Assembly: GCA_977020255.1 (NCBI GenBank)
Contig: CDROCS010002126.1
Coordinates: 372,001-436,000, forward strand
Length of the DNA stretch: 64,000 nucleotides
Origin: Obrimoposthia wandeli
Lineage: Eukaryota
Reading direction: 5' to 3'
Numbering within the stretch: position 1 is the stretch's first letter; each line of letters starts with the position of its first letter. The position numbers and the translations under genes were made by a program. The notes below the pieces were generated by a model. That model was not told the origin of the DNA, ran no database searches, and saw nothing but the letters and a program-made list of their open reading frames with translations. Positions 37,075-50,616 of this stretch are shown piece after piece.

Positions 37075-38279
37075 GTGAGATTAGAATCAGACTGACAAAG
37101 ATAGGCTTCAAGTTGGACGCTCGGAATTGAATGAAATTTTGCATACAGTTAAATAATGATAAATTAGTATACTTAACGAAATTTTTCCACGAGAGCTCAA
37201 AATAAGTCTGTATTTACACAAAAGAAACGCTAAATTGTTAATCAATGTCAGCTGATGTTTTATTATTAGCTGGTACTTTAATTATTTAATTCCAATTATA
37301 TTTTGTTATTTGAATTTCATCATTATGAAATGTATAAACAGTAAAAATAAAATAATACTTCAACAAAATTCCTGATAAAGACAATTTTAAAAAAATATTA
37401 CGGAATTATTTACTTCATTTATTTACTTTTAGTTATGTAATATATTAAGATAATTTGTTTAACAATACTTATATAAATGAATAAATCTTCTGTTTGTAAA
37501 ATCTGGCTCTTTTGAATTTTGTCTACGAAGGAAAATAAACATTTTTTCTAGTACAAATTTTAACGGTATTTAATATTATAAGATCAAATTAATTACATTT
37601 ATATTATTTTACTATTTTTTCTTTACTTTCAAACTCGATTATCTATTCTTCAATTTTTCATCAAAATTACTTTGCCAAAAATCATTTATAATTTGTAATA
37701 TTTAAGATAAAATAAATATATTTAATTTGACGTTTTTCTATTGCTTCTTTTGTGTACATGAAGAGTTCATTTGAGTTCGCACGGAAGGCCTTGAGAGCGC
37801 ATTATTTTTGTATAATTAACTATCTATCTAAATATAGAAATTTTCATTTTGTTACAACTCTGTAAAATATGCAGTATAGTATCAGTAATTCGCTCAATTT
37901 TTCTCTCCCATTATCATTAAATATGCCTGACATAATGAAGCACCATCTCATTTGGGGAATTAATTTCATTTATTTAACTATGAATTGGTTAACAATGGAA
38001 TAATCCCAACGTTGGTCCATCCATCTAAATCATTCCAATAATATAGACTAATTCTATTATATTGACGACGAATCTATGCTTATTATATGCTAATTATACA
38101 GAGTTTCAAAATACAGCATTTTAATTAAATAGTATGCATATCCATTAAATCTATATCAATTAATAATTAAAAATTATGTTATAGTGAATTTGTAAAACTT
38201 TTCTTATATATTTTTAAAATTTGATATATACTCTCTAATATCTCTAATATAGACTGTGTGATTCTTTCTTTCAAGTCTT

Positions 38280-38560
38280 TGACAATCACAAGTAGTCATT
38301 TTGGGTGCACTTAGTGGCCATCTGACTGTACCATCTCGAAATGTATTTAGATCATTAAGCTAATGCTGAAAATTCAAACCCCAATGGTTTGGTGCATCAT
38401 CTTGCACAAACCAAAGCTGCCTCGGTGAAACACTAATAGATTCTGCAATTTTAGGTGCAACCTGTTTTGTAACATATCGTAATATTTATCTTTAGTTGCA
38501 GTTCAGTTGAAAAAATACGGTTCAATAATATCATCAAACCAAACTCCTGTTCATATTGGT
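38280..38560 (-). mobile_element. Degenerate Tc1/mariner transposase fragment
   Basis: Minus-strand LWFVQDDAPNH..RWPLSAPKMTTCD resembles WFQQDGAPAH..WP.RSPDLTP.D. Confidence 0.5.
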
Positions 38561-39602
38561 ACTTTTTAGTGCTGAATGATTATGGGAAAAGTTAATCCTT
38601 TAATATTTGTCAAAATCATCTCGATATGTAACTAACAAAACACATAAAATAAAATGAAAAAGTTGTTCATAATTATGAAAAATTGTGCAAATGATAAGAG
38701 AAAATCAAAACAACAAATGAGAAAAAAATCTATAAGTTTGTAATATTTCGAATTGTATATTTATTTGTGTTACTTTAATATGGCGTTTTGAATAACTAAA
38801 ATATAACTTTGATTATAATAAAATATTTTTTTATAATATTGAATTATTTAACAATTATTATGACTTTAAAGCTTTAGTATAAAATAAACTATTTTTAAAG
38901 TTATAATATTTGTTAAATAAATAAATGTTATAAAAAAAATTTGAACTTCAAAATAATACAAAACCATAATTATTATTTATTTTATTTTTCTATTGAAGAC
39001 AGTATAAGTATAATTTATTTATTAATACAAACTACATACATATTTGTAAAAAATAATTTTTTAAGATCCAGTTTTAATTGAAATTTGGACTAATTCAGAG
39101 CATTTAAATAAAATTAATTTTATCGTTTTAATCAAAATTTCTTAGTGATATCTGTTTTTCTATATTTGTATTCAAATGTAGCTTTTTTAAAAATTTTGTA
39201 ATGAAAAATCAAATTGGGTGTTATTCGATTTATCATAACTTAGAAATTATAATATTTTTCAGGGTTTTGGATATAAATATTTGTAAATCTCCCAAATAAT
39301 TGTAAAGTTGTAAAAAGAAGATATTGGATGACTACATCCTAGCAATAGGTTGAAACCAAGGTAGTTTAATAAAACTTTACAATTAATCCTATAAAATAAT
39401 TATATAATTTTTTTCGGCGTGATATTTTTAAGCTGTACACGGATGTGTGTTAACTTTAATATATATTAAAATTATCTCCCTCACACAGATGCATATTTTG
39501 ATAATTGCATTTTTGTATGTAAAATTTGTATGGAATTTAGTAATAACCTTTAGATTAATCAGATATCAGAACTATATTAAATATACGTTGTTATACTTGC
39601 AG

Positions 39603-39930
39603 GGCCTTGCTGAGGGCTGTCTGATCCCGGCCATATTCGGTCTGATCCGGTTCTGGGCTCCAGTCACAGAGAGATCCAGCATCGTCTGCTTTTCCGTTAT
39701 TGGGGTCTCCCTGGGCCCGCTGATAGGACTGCCCGTTTGTCTGGCGATAGAGCAGCGTTGGGGCTGGGGCGTGGTCTTCTACATCTATGCGAATCTGGGT
39801 CTGTTGTGGTGCATATTCTGGTGGCGGCTTGTGGACGAGCGACCGGGTAGAAGCAAGAGCATCAGTGTCGAGGAGAGAGAGTACATCCTCGCCGGCAACA
39901 CATCTATAGACTTCCATGACGACGTGCAAG
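39603..39930 (+). CDS. SLC17-family transporter, exon 3
   Basis: ttgcag|GLAEGCLIPAI..WAPVTERS..GWGVVFY..LLWCIFWW..P..SKSISVEEREYI..G|gtgagg, typical SLC17 motifs. Confidence 0.95.
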
Positions 39931-39934
39931 GTGA

Positions 39935-40222
39935 GGTTCATCCCACATTGCCAGTTATGCTTCCCAAAAATGGCTTATTAGGGATTCATACTAAATCTTG
40001 CAAAATCAATGAAGTAAGACACTCGTTGTACTCATTTAAAATTTGGGAAAATGTTGAGGATGCTTTAGTATTTTATTCGCTTTACCAGATACTACTAAGC
40101 TCCGAGGGAACTGCAAAAGCAATCAGCTACTAGATTGTTTGATTAAGTTTTCGCTCCTTAACGCATGTCAGAACCGATTTGGTCCTCTACGAGTGTTTCT
40201 TCTGGCTTCAACCTGCATACGT
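39935..40222 (-). pseudogene. Degenerate 28S (LSU) rRNA fragment, domain II region, copy 1
   Basis: Plus strand matches the LSU antisense text: GGTTCATCCCACATTGCCAGTTATGCTTCCCAAAAATGGC..ATTCGCTTTACC..CAGCTACTAGATTGTTTGATTAAG..GTCAGAACCG..CTGGCTTCAACCTG. Confidence 0.8.
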
Positions 40223-40339
40223 TAATAATGATAATAATATATTTAAGACCGTGATAATATCTAATAAATCTGATTTATTACTTACAAGCACTTCTTGTTT
40301 TTCATTATTCTTCGTAACATTTTCTGAATAGTTAATTCT

Positions 40340-40863
40340 TCATCTGCTTTTTGCATGTTTTGAAGAATTTTGCAGTTTCTTTTTTTCATTGACAAAGTGT
40401 TGCAAAGATTCAAAACATAAATTTCCAGAGTACGAAATGACATTCCACAAACTTGGACTGCGAGAATATTTATGATTCTTTATGGAAATCATACAAATAG
40501 CAGAAGCACCAATCAGGACCATCAAGGTCAAACGGCATCTCATAACCGAACATTATTTAGATTTGATTTTTGTTTCTACAAATGTCAGTTAATTCTTGCT
40601 AAATTTGTCTATCTTTGCTAAGATCAGTTAATTTAGGGTGCTTTTGCATCTTCATATTACGGTTGATTTCATTGCCTTAGTAGCAGAGGGTGGGGAGTAT
40701 ATAGGAATTTTTGAGTCCAGCAGCATCGCTTCACTGTCATAATATCGAGTACTTCTCTTGTTTCGTTTTGAATTGTTTCCGGGTTTCTTTTGCGGCCATT
40801 AATGAATTTAGAAACGACTCTACGGCTTACATTTATCTTCAAACCACTATTTCGGAAACTCAA
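40340..40863 (-). mobile_element. Tc3-like transposase fragment
   Basis: An alternate frame gives DEMPFDLDGPDWCFCYLYDF, resembling DEKKFNLDGPDG..YW.D; an HTH-like region lies upstream. Confidence 0.6.
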
Positions 40864-41208
40864 TCCTTCATTTAAATAGACGCTTTTTGGAATTTAAAAT
40901 CTATTTACTTACTACAAATGTATCGTTAATCAATAATTCGATTTGGGTTACACATATTTTTAGACTTAATTGGTTCAATTTTTTGTTGTGTATTCAGACT
41001 TAATTCACATGGCCTGAAATATCAATAAAATGTTTTTGAAAATAAATATTTATAAAAATAAACAAATAAAACTTTACATAATTGTGAAAATACTTTTCTT
41101 CAGAAAAAATACTTTACTTGTTTTGCTATATAACCGAAATTCAAAATTTGAAATTAATGACTCAAGAATATGCTTAAAGAAAACAGAAGTTTGTCAATTA
41201 TTGATATA

Positions 41209-41860
41209 CAGGGTGTCCCATAACGAATTACCCATGTTAAAAAAAACATTTCAAGCGACAGAAACCAGCTGGAGTCATGGTGTGGGCTGTAGTTGCTTCT
41301 GATGGGTCTAAGTCTCCTCTGATATTCGTCGATGAAGGTGTTAAGGTGAATACTAATGTATACATCAAAATTTTGGATGAAAACGTGTTACCCTGGATCA
41401 TTAGCACATTTGGAGAGCATTATGTATTTACTCAAGATGGTGCACCGGCTCACACGTCTAATTTGACTCAAAAATGGTGTAAAGATCATTTTTCTGAATT
41501 CTGGGACAAGAACGTATGGCCTTCCTCAACTCCAGACATTAACCCAATGGACTTTTCTATTTGGTCTATCTTAGAGAGCAATGTTTCCTCTAAATAATAC
41601 TCAAATGTAGCTGCTCTAAAAGAAGCCCTTCTTAACACATGGTCCAAGTTTGATGAGGAGATGGTGCGGCGATCTTGTCAATCAGTGACCATTCGTTTAC
41701 AGGCTATGGTGAAAGCAAAAGACGGCCATTTTGAGATTTGACTATTTTAATATATTGGTAAAATATATGTAAACGTATGGTCCGACTTTTATTATTATAT
41801 CTTAAGTTAACATTGAATAATTAAAAAAAAAACATGGGTAAGTCATTATGGGACACCCTG
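41209..41860 (+). mobile_element. Internally deleted DD37D (maT) Tc1/mariner element
   Basis: TA|CAGGGTGTCCCATAACGAATTACCCATGTT ... AACATGGGTAAGTCATTATGGGACACCCTG|TA. The ORF has QDGAPAH and PDINPMD with 37 residues between the last two Asp (counted). Confidence 0.92.
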
Positions 41861-41969
41861 TATACCTTATTTAATATCTGGTTGGGTAAAATTGATTTAT
41901 TCAAAATTCTTCTGGTGTGATTTTATTTTGGCTTGGACTGTATATGATGAAAAATTGATAAATTTAGAA

Positions 41970-42430
41970 AATTGGTTCGATTTCATATTAAATTAAAAAA
42001 TCAAGTGTATCCTCAAATAAAAATGAATGAAAATGAGACCAAAAGTATTAGAAGAGTACAACAGATTCTGAAATCTCCATCACAGCCAAAATACAGAAAG
42101 AGGAAATCTCGACTTCATTTAGCAGAAGTCTACATACGCTGGTCAAAATTGGAAGGAAACAATTTTTAGCGATGAAAAGAAGTTTAATTTAGAAAGGCAA
42201 GATGGTCGTCAATATCACTGACATCCCCACGAAAAGAACACTACTGTTCCAAGAGATCCGATTGGGTTCAGTAATGCTGTGGACTGCCACGAGTAGGAAA
42301 TGGTTAAGTCATATAGGGTAACAAAATCGACCCAAACAGGGTCAGAAATTTGTAAATATACTTCCTAAATATGTACTACCAGTTACCCAATCGGAATTTT
42401 CAACAGGACAACGCTCCTATCCAAACCGCC
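41970..42430 (+). mobile_element. Tc3-like transposase fragment
   Basis: WKETIFSDEKKFNLERQDG and QQDNAPIQ read on the plus strand across frameshifts. Confidence 0.65.
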
Positions 42431-42623
42431 AATGTTACTTAAATATGGTTTTCTGACATTTATGTAAGTGTTAAAAAGAGAGCAAAGAGCCATCAAAGTT
42501 TTAAGAGAGTATCGTGAATTTCATTAAGGCACTAGAATAGAACTGCTGGGGAAATTTATAGGGCATTTTGTGGACAGTAAGGCCCTCATGTGACTGTCCC
42601 AATAATGGCACCGTCCCGATTAG

Positions 42624-42848
42624 ACGGTGTCAGGAAATCTTCACGTGCATTGGTTCCCTGGAGGGAGATGCTGAGATCTCGAGCGATCTACGCCATCCTG
42701 GTTACGTATGCAGCCGACGATTGGACATTCCAGATCACCTCCGTTTGCATGCAGTCATACTTTGAGACACAGTATAACTCCGACATCGACAGGACCATCC
42801 ACCTGCTCATCTACCCCTTCCTGGCTCGCTCCATATTCGTGCCAATAG
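42624..42848 (+). CDS. SLC17-family transporter, exon 4
   Basis: gattag|..VPWREMLRSRAIYAILVTYAADDWTF..YPFLARSIFVPIG|gtgaga, phase 1/1. The acceptor position is slightly uncertain. Confidence 0.88.
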
Positions 42849-43334
42849 GTGAGAATCTTCTCCGGCCAAGATATAAATCAATATCCTTTGAACAAGGAAT
42901 GGGCTTTTACAAATCTTTGAACATTTGTATCAAATTAAAAAAAAACTCTCAATTTTGATAATTCCCACCCAATATTAGCTTGCCTAACCCCGATTTAAAT
43001 TTGTGTTCGCAATGATATGATTGTATCATTTCAATTAATCATACAGCATAAACTTCGTATTTTATATTAAAATCCTTATGCAAAAATTATGTAAAAAATT
43101 TTCATTTTTGACATTTAAATTTTAATAGATCTGTATCCGTTAAAAACGAGTCAAGGTACATTTGTATAATAAGTTATAGCGGGTTTTCTGTAATTGTTGT
43201 AACTGTAATAATTTATTGTTCACATTTAGCACTAAACAGTAGAGAGAGCAAATAACTTTCTAATATACGTTTCAAAATTAAACATTTCATACATCAATTT
43301 ATTAACCATTTCTTTTGTCTGTTTTGGACTATTG

Positions 43335-43606
43335 TGCTTACCAAAAATGGCCCAGTAGTATGTGTTAAATCGTGTGAGTTCAATGAAGAAATGTACAGAT
43401 TGTTTCCATTAAAAGTTTGAGAATAACTTTTGGATGTTTGATATAATAATTCGATTTACCAAATTCAACTCCGCCCCAAAGGAAGCTATCCTGAGGTAAA
43501 CTTCGGAAGGAAACAGCTACTAGATGGTTTGATTAGTCTTTTGCCACTTAATGGATGCTCGACGATTGATTTGCATGTCAAACCGTTTTGGTCCTCCATC
43601 AGAATT
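43335..43606 (-). pseudogene. Degenerate 28S rRNA fragment, domain II region, copy 2
   Basis: TGCTTACCAAAAATGGCCC..AAAGTTTGAGAATA..GCTATCCTGAGGTAAACTTCGGAAGGAAACAGCTACTAGATGGTTTGATTAGTCTTTTGCC matches conserved LSU antisense sequence (LR5 primer region). Confidence 0.9.
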
Positions 43607-44519
43607 TTGTTTCAAACTGCAACAGTAAGGTCTTATAAGGTCTACATCTTAACAAGTTTGAACAACTTGTAATATTTTCGATGAGTATTCATGTTTCGTA
43701 CATTTTTCCATATTGATGACGTAATATATATTTTTTTACAAGTTACCCAGATAGTATATTTAGTCATAGCCTTTTTTCCTTTATTAGCCAGTCTTCTTTA
43801 TAAATCATATTGTATTAGAAAAGGATTTTAGAAAATATATCTCATTTGCATCCGGAACTTAGCAAAAAGGAAAATAAAGAAATGGCTTAAAACTAATTAA
43901 TAAATAATTAGGCACTTTTAGGAGTGATTAATCATCATGGCCGGAATGGGGAAAATATTCCGTCCCTCCATGGTTTAAAATTTAAAAAATACTTATTCAA
44001 TATGTACTTAAGAAAGGTTATCTTTTTGTCATATTACTCCCATATAATTGACTAAATTAAACGTAATTATTACGTCCATCTCGTTTAAGGGAAACAAAAG
44101 AATATCTCAATGAAAGTGCGATTATCAACATTCCATAGAATTATTAGTTCTTTGAGTTTCTGAAATAACTTAATTATAGGTGTTCGGATAATTTAGAAAC
44201 TCAATTAAGTAGAAGGTGAATCAGTCACAGTAATGGTTTTGTTGCCTCTTGCCGAAATGATGATAAATATCCAAATATTTTAGCACTTCACTCTATTATT
44301 CATTAGAACGGTGTTTGTTTCAAGACTGAATTAGAATAAATATGATGGACATTGCTTTCAAATTAGTGAATTCGGTCCGAGACAGACTCTAGTTTAGATT
44401 ACAAAGTAACAATCCGAGGAATGAACTTTAACTTCTTTCTAATATTCGGGGGTTTGGTAGAAGTTAATTTCTATTTATATTTCTGGAAATACTATATGAG
44501 ATTTAAAAAATTCACCTTT

Positions 44520-44557
44520 GAGCTCGCATAGGGACACCTGCGTTACCATTTGACAGA
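44520..44557 (-). pseudogene. Short 28S rRNA fragment, domain V region
   Basis: GAGCTCGCATAGGGACACCTGCGTTACCATTTGACAG vs LSU antisense GAGCTCGCCTTAGGACACCTGCGTTACCGTTTGACAG. Confidence 0.75.
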
Positions 44558-45599
44558 GTGGTTAATCGATTTATCTTTCTTGACGGACTTTAGTGTAAAG
44601 TTTAGTGATGTAAGGTAACGATAAATTTTATCAAACATGAAAAGTTCAATAAGAGCTTTTTAACAGCTGTCAGCAATGTTAAAATCAAATTTGAAAGATC
44701 GCGAATAAAGGCTTTTTTCGAGCATGATAAAATATTTTAGGATAAATTGAGACCTGACTACTTTGAATCCCAAAAAAATCAAACCCGGAGATTCAAATCT
44801 GCTTATGAAGGTAACCTGATGTGGAACTCCAAAATATATGAATAAACATTCATTAAAACACGGTAAGGCATATTTACGGTTTTGGCAATTTTATACAGAT
44901 TGCATGTGTGTAGTTGTAAATGAAGAAATCGTGTCAAATGAAAGTGAGTAACTGTTACACGATTTCAAGTAAAGATCCCAAATTTTGTTTTCTGCCTACT
45001 CCAAGAGTTATTTATAATTCAACTTAATTTTCCGTGTGAAATATATGTATGTCTGTAAAGTAATGTCTTGCGGATCTTTGCAGCTGTTAATTTGTCTCTT
45101 TGAGGTTTTCTATTAAAAATATTAATAAATAAATAATAAATGTCTTAATAACAATCCCTCTTGGAGAAAACAGAGTAAACAATGAGTACATCTACGTTTC
45201 CCGACAGAATACCATTAGATATATGCTCAGGATCGTATCATAACAATGATGATGAATGTCGTTATTTCTTGTTTTAATTATATTTTGATCGAATGGATTT
45301 AATGTCTAAGGGATTTGTGATTATTACACACCCCGTTAATGACTTAATTAATTGTTTGTTGGATTTTAAAATTACTTTGATATGTTGTTAGTAGAGACAC
45401 GAATAAATAGCATATTCAAATGATATCAATTTACTTATTTTTCTTCATACTACTACATAGAAAAATGATCACGTAGGAATTCTCGCATCTGGTCAGTAGA
45501 ATGCACTTTCAACCAAATAATTAAAAAAACACGTATCTTTCAAAAAGTATATTTTTACTATTGTAATACATACATATATGATTATTGTTGAAAATAATC

Positions 45600-45780
45600 A
45601 GTGCATCGAAATGTCACAGGGTTCTGTATGGTGCTCATTTTACATGACAATGCTCAAAACAATACATGTGTATCGCAACATCGCATCCTTAGATCGCCAT
45701 TTGCACACTAGACAATGCCATCTGTTTTATTGGAATCCACTGGAATTAAATCCTCTATCAAATATGTTTGAAATACATTG
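45600..45780 (+). mobile_element. Degenerate Tc1-like transposase fragment
   Basis: LHDNAQ..YWNPLELNPLSNMF resembles QDNAP..WP..SPDLNPIEN.W. Confidence 0.4.
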
Positions 45781-46730
45781 AATGGTACCCCCATTTCGAA
45801 CCGAATTCTAAGGTATTGTGTGAGGTCTTTAGATTTATGCTAAATCTATTTTATCATACAATAAATATTAAAAAATATTAATTCTGTAATAGTTCTAACT
45901 TGCATTATTTTTTTGCTTTGTTGCTAAAAAATTTGTCTAAGCAATTTTAAAATTTTCACCGATATAATAATATTAAAGTTCTTCCTATTTCCTTGCTGTT
46001 GACATCGAAAGACAAGGTAAATTGTTATTTAGTAAATAGAATACGCGGTCTAAGATTGGAAATTTGCACGTAGGAAATCCCCTGTCTGGTCATTAATGGG
46101 GAAATATCTATTTTTTGTACAATTGATTTTTTTCTCTTCGAATTCGAATGATTGCTGGTTTCATTTCCTTTATTTACACACTTTGTTTGATTACAACATG
46201 TTATAAATTGTTTCAGAATATGAATCGAAGAATTCTCAAAATATAATAGCTCTCTGGTTCTTTAGACATTTTGATTCACATCAAATTATATCATTTAAAA
46301 TATGAATGGACAAAAAGCACAATAGTAGCAGAAAAGAAGTCGTTCATTGGGTTGTCTCCCTTACCTTTCTTCATGATTCCTATATTTTCAATGAAACGTC
46401 AAGGTGGTCATGCTTATTCGAAGTTTATTCGAAGAAAAATGTATATGCCTCGATTTCGATTTATGCAAAGTAAGGTAAAAAAATCAAGGACGCGACATAT
46501 GAAGAGAGCCAGCGAAAAAATTGTAAATGTGAGAGAGAAATCAACGAAGAGAGACCTCAAAGATAGATTAATAGTGGACTTGTCTGAAGCTAACAAATTG
46601 CTCGCTACCAATGAAACTTAGATTAATAACAAGTAACTGTACAGTAGGTAGAACCTAAGACGAAATGAATCAGCTAATATAGTAACCGCAGTACAATTAT
46701 CGGTACGTAAATATCATTGTTTCTGGGCGA

Positions 46731-46942
46731 GATTCAGACTTAGAGGTCTTCTGTATTAATTTCTCGGATGGAAGCATCGTGCCCCTGATTGGTCGATAAG
46801 CACATTTATTATAGATCCAACTGTGCGGTTCCTCTCGTACTAAGCAGAATTACCATCACAACAACAATGTATATAGTAGGGTAAAACTAACCTGTCTAAA
46901 CCCAGCTCACGTTCCCTTATAATGTGAACAAAAACTTACTTG
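46731..46942 (-). pseudogene. Degenerate 28S rRNA fragment, 3' region (domain V/VI)
   Basis: GATTCAGACTTAGAGG..GCGGTTCCTCTCGTACTAAGCAG..AGTAGGGTAAAACTAACCTGTCT(~11-bp deletion)AAACCCAGCTCACGTTCCC matches conserved LSU antisense. Confidence 0.9.
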
Positions 46943-47297
46943 ACAGATCATTATAACTTAACTTGCTTCAACTGGGCAAAGGAGTTCCAAATTGCTTTTA
47001 GTGATGAAAGTACCCACAAGTTGAGTACAGGAGATTAATCGCAACCAAGGATTATGTTGTATTCGAGGACTATTCACGGTAAACTCATTTACTTCACTGG
47101 TAAAAATTGAAGGTCCACTGATTGCTAGGATTGCTAGAGAACACTTTACCAACAAACCTTTAAACACTTTTACCAAACTGAGGAAGATTTATGCCGGGAA
47201 ATGTTATTTATACAACAAGAACTACTCGCAAATGATTTGATCAAAAGGAAAATTCAATGAACGCAACTGTATATATTAAAGGTTTATTATGGTCTTA

Positions 47298-48527
47298 CAA
47301 CTCGAAAATACAACAAACGTTAATAATTTAAAAAATATGCATAAAACTTTGTCATATGACTATTGATTTTTTTATCATATACATTTTAGAAACAATTTAT
47401 CAAGTGTTAAAGTTACAGTACATTCTCTATGATGAAGCATTTATCTATGTTGGATTGAGACGCTATAATATTTGCTTTTTTAAGAAACATCAAGAACAAG
47501 GCAAATCTTTCATTGTTAATCACTTTATACCGATGGATTTAGTATATATATAAAGTGCTAAAGAAGATAGAATAAGAAAAGCCTGTTTCACGAAACGTTA
47601 AATCAGGACGAAAAGCCATCGAAATGATTGCTAAGAAAGTCAAATTAATGGTTCAAAACATGAATGAACGTATTGGTACATGACAGACAAAGATGGCGAG
47701 TAAGTTTCCAATCAGCCAAGAATACGTTCAAAAGATTCTTATAAAGTTATATCTGAAATACTACAAAAGAATACCTGTTCGCAAACGGAATGAAATAATA
47801 AAGTAGTAAATCAAAAAGAGATGTGACATAATGAGAAAGAATGAGCGGAAACTCTTAAATCGCTATCTTCTTCTGATGGACGACAAGTCATATTTCAGTT
47901 AAATTGGTAACGAATTTAGTACTAATATATAATTTTATACTGACAACGAACGAGTATAACTTCATAATATTCGCTTCAATGAAATAGATAAGTTTCCTTC
48001 TCGAGTTTTAGTGTGGTTAGCAATTCCAGAACATGTTTTGGTAAGTCACTTTTTTCATGGATAATGGATATATGACATGTGACATCTATCTAAATGAATG
48101 CATTAAAAAGTACTGCTCCCTCATATAAACTCTAAGTAGTATGAAACCATTTTTGGCCTGATGAACAGCTCATTGCAAGAAGTGTGTCACTGATTTTTCG
48201 TTTTATGGCACAAAAACTACTCCAAGGGTTCTTGAACTTCGACCAAAGGTAAATTTGTATGAAAAAGGTTGGAAGGCCAAAGACAATAAGCAGCTAATTA
48301 GAAGGATAAGAAGGAAACGTAGATATGTGGATATGGTTGTTGTCCAACAAATGATGTCAAATGTTAAAACTAAAGTTAGAACTGTTGCTGATCATGGAAT
48401 TGTTTGCATTTTAAATTAGCATACAAAAGTTTGTCATACTTCTGTTTACTCATTTTAAAATGTGTTTCAAAATAAATGTTTTGATAGTTATTTTTCTATG
48501 ATCAAAGTTTGTCTCATATTCTAGTTG
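47298..48527 (+). mobile_element. Degenerate Tc1/mariner element, copy B (same family as 27969-28991)
   Basis: TA|CAACTCGAAAAT ... AAAGTTTGTCTCATATTCTAGTTG|TA. 48270-48527 is nearly the reverse complement of 27969-28230. Confidence 0.75.
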
Positions 48528-49992
48528 TAAGAAAATGTTTCGAACCAACATGGTTCATCATAAAGAATGTATTGTAACTTCTTTAAATCTTTAGGAATTG
48601 CATTAAAAATTATGATAAAAAATCAATGGTCAACTGATAAGCATACAAATAATTATTTTGAAAAAAGCTTTTTATGCATAGTTTCCAAAATTATTAAACA
48701 AATATAACACAACAAATTAAAAAAAATATGATTTCATTCTATAAAAATATATTTATCATGAATAAATTAAATTTGTAAAATTTCTATATCAGAGGTACTG
48801 AAGAGATTATCCGGGAAAATGATATTACGAATATATATATTATGAAATTCCAATGTCTGGAGACCCTTTATTAATAAGTCAAGATCAGTTAAATGACTGT
48901 AAGATATTGGAATCTTTCTAAACGGTAAACGGAAATACTTGATTCACGTTTGTAAAAATGGAATATGATACAGACACTTCATGTTTTCCTAACAAATCGT
49001 CCCTAACATATATCTCAAAATCCAGACGAAATGAATAACACATTTAGACTAGAAATTTGCTATTCAGTTAAATGGGTAAAATGAGAGTTATTATTCGTTA
49101 CACAGAGTATTTAATTGCCGAAAATTCAAGAAATTCAATATTTTCGAAGAATCGCTTTTTTCGTTGATAATTTGAAATTTCTTTTTTGATGGTTTCGTTT
49201 AATTAAATTATCATTTCTAGATTTTCACAATGGAATTTTCATTTAAACTCATTGTCAAAAGGTTTTGGTAAATTCATCCAATTATAATTAGAACGTCAAA
49301 GTGATTTTAAATTTATTTTCCTTATTTTTAATTTAGAATTGTAAAGTGTACCTAATTTCGTTTTGATAAGCTGCAAGAAATTGTGTTCAAGAACTTTACT
49401 TCATCTTACAGCTCCATCAGTCCCAACCAATTTGGAACAAAATTTAAAACATGTTTTAACTCCTTTATTCAGCGAATGACTTATCAAATAGAAGATCATC
49501 TATTAGATTTTAATGACGTTTGACGGAAAGTCCATAGTAGGTGGATGTGTCCGGTCTAATCCACCCTCTACGCGGGAGAGGCTATCACTGTCCTTTAAAA
49601 CCGTGCATGTGTGTGGAGTGAAATTTCGTGTATGTGTGTGTCCATTCCACCTGAAGTGGTGGGGGATACCCCCACGTTTTTTAAAATTGTACTTTGAAAT
49701 TTACCGCTAATCCCAAAAGTGATTAGAGAAGACTACGTGAATCCATATTGGACCCGGCGGCTTATCGCAGAAGAGATTTCAAATAATATGTTCATGTGAA
49801 TATATCACTACTATTTTTAAGAAAGATTTTAGATTAATAAATTACTACATGTTTTTCTTAAATATCTAGGTCAGATTTATAAGAGAAAAATAAGTCAGAT
49901 CTATATAATTTAGAGGAGAAAAACAAAATACGAGTCAAAATTATTTTCAAAACATTTATTAAATCAAACAGAAAACACCATATTGGCTTCAC

Positions 49993-50397
49993 TCAAAGTC
50001 CAAAGAGGCTGCATTTTCCCGTCATCAGCAAAATATCCATTGGAGCATTTAAAGATTCTAGATCATCTCTAAATGCCAGACTGGGATCCGTTTCAAGCTG
50101 GAAAGAATTTCCTTCATATACATAATCAGGAATGTAAAATCCCAAAATATTTTTCAATTGATCAATATCAGATGTTGTTAAAATTTCGATAAGATATTTA
50201 TTCTCCACTTTTGATATTTTCACAGAATTCCTAACTCGTATAATTTGATGCCTCTTTAATATATTACATAGCTTTCCTTTTGAAATTCTTTCTGGATAAT
50301 AAAAATTTCCTACATATCTCAGAAAAGAATCCATAAGGAAACTGATTAAAAAACAATGTTTATAAAAAAATACATATAAGATACATATAAAATACAA
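49993..50397 (-). CDS. Polinton D ORF of unknown function
   Basis: Open frame inside the element; the probable start is the internal MDSFLRYVG. No motif recognised. Confidence 0.45.
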   Translation of the reverse strand: MYFICILYVFFYKHCFLISFLMDSFLRYVGNFYYPERISKGKLCNILKRHQIIRVRNSVKISKVENKYLIEILTTSDIDQLKNILGFYIPDYVYEGNSFQLETDPSLAFRDDLESLNAPMDILLMTGKCSLFGL

Positions 50398-50616
50398 ATA
50401 TTAAGAAAAAATAAAACTGATTATTAATTCCCAAATGAAAGAAACATAGTAAAAATGAATAAAACCGATGCAAAATGAAAGAAAAAAGTTAAAACATAGG
50501 AATATGAGCACGATCAATTTTCCACATAGGCAACTTTGTTCCAATTTCATCCTTCTTGTAACCATAAAGTCGAATTGTTACAGTCTATTGCTTCATTTTC
50601 GGAAATGCATCAACAT

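Noticed and set aside
39591-39941. Antisense ORFs overlapping GC-rich coding segments (also 3750-4070, 4784-4972, 35660-35974, 63543-63806)
   Set aside because: These are shadow or alternate frames of real coding sequence with no independent motifs.
39447-40133. 228-aa single ORF
   Set aside because: Only 39603-39930 is exon. The flanks are intron read-through, and the 3' tail is rRNA-derived sequence.
46271-46621. 116-aa basic ORF in intron 4
   Set aside because: No recognisable motif or splice context; probably a repeat remnant.
43335-46942. Functional rRNA gene
   Set aside because: The pieces are short, heavily substituted, non-collinear and intronic, so they are called pseudogene fragments.
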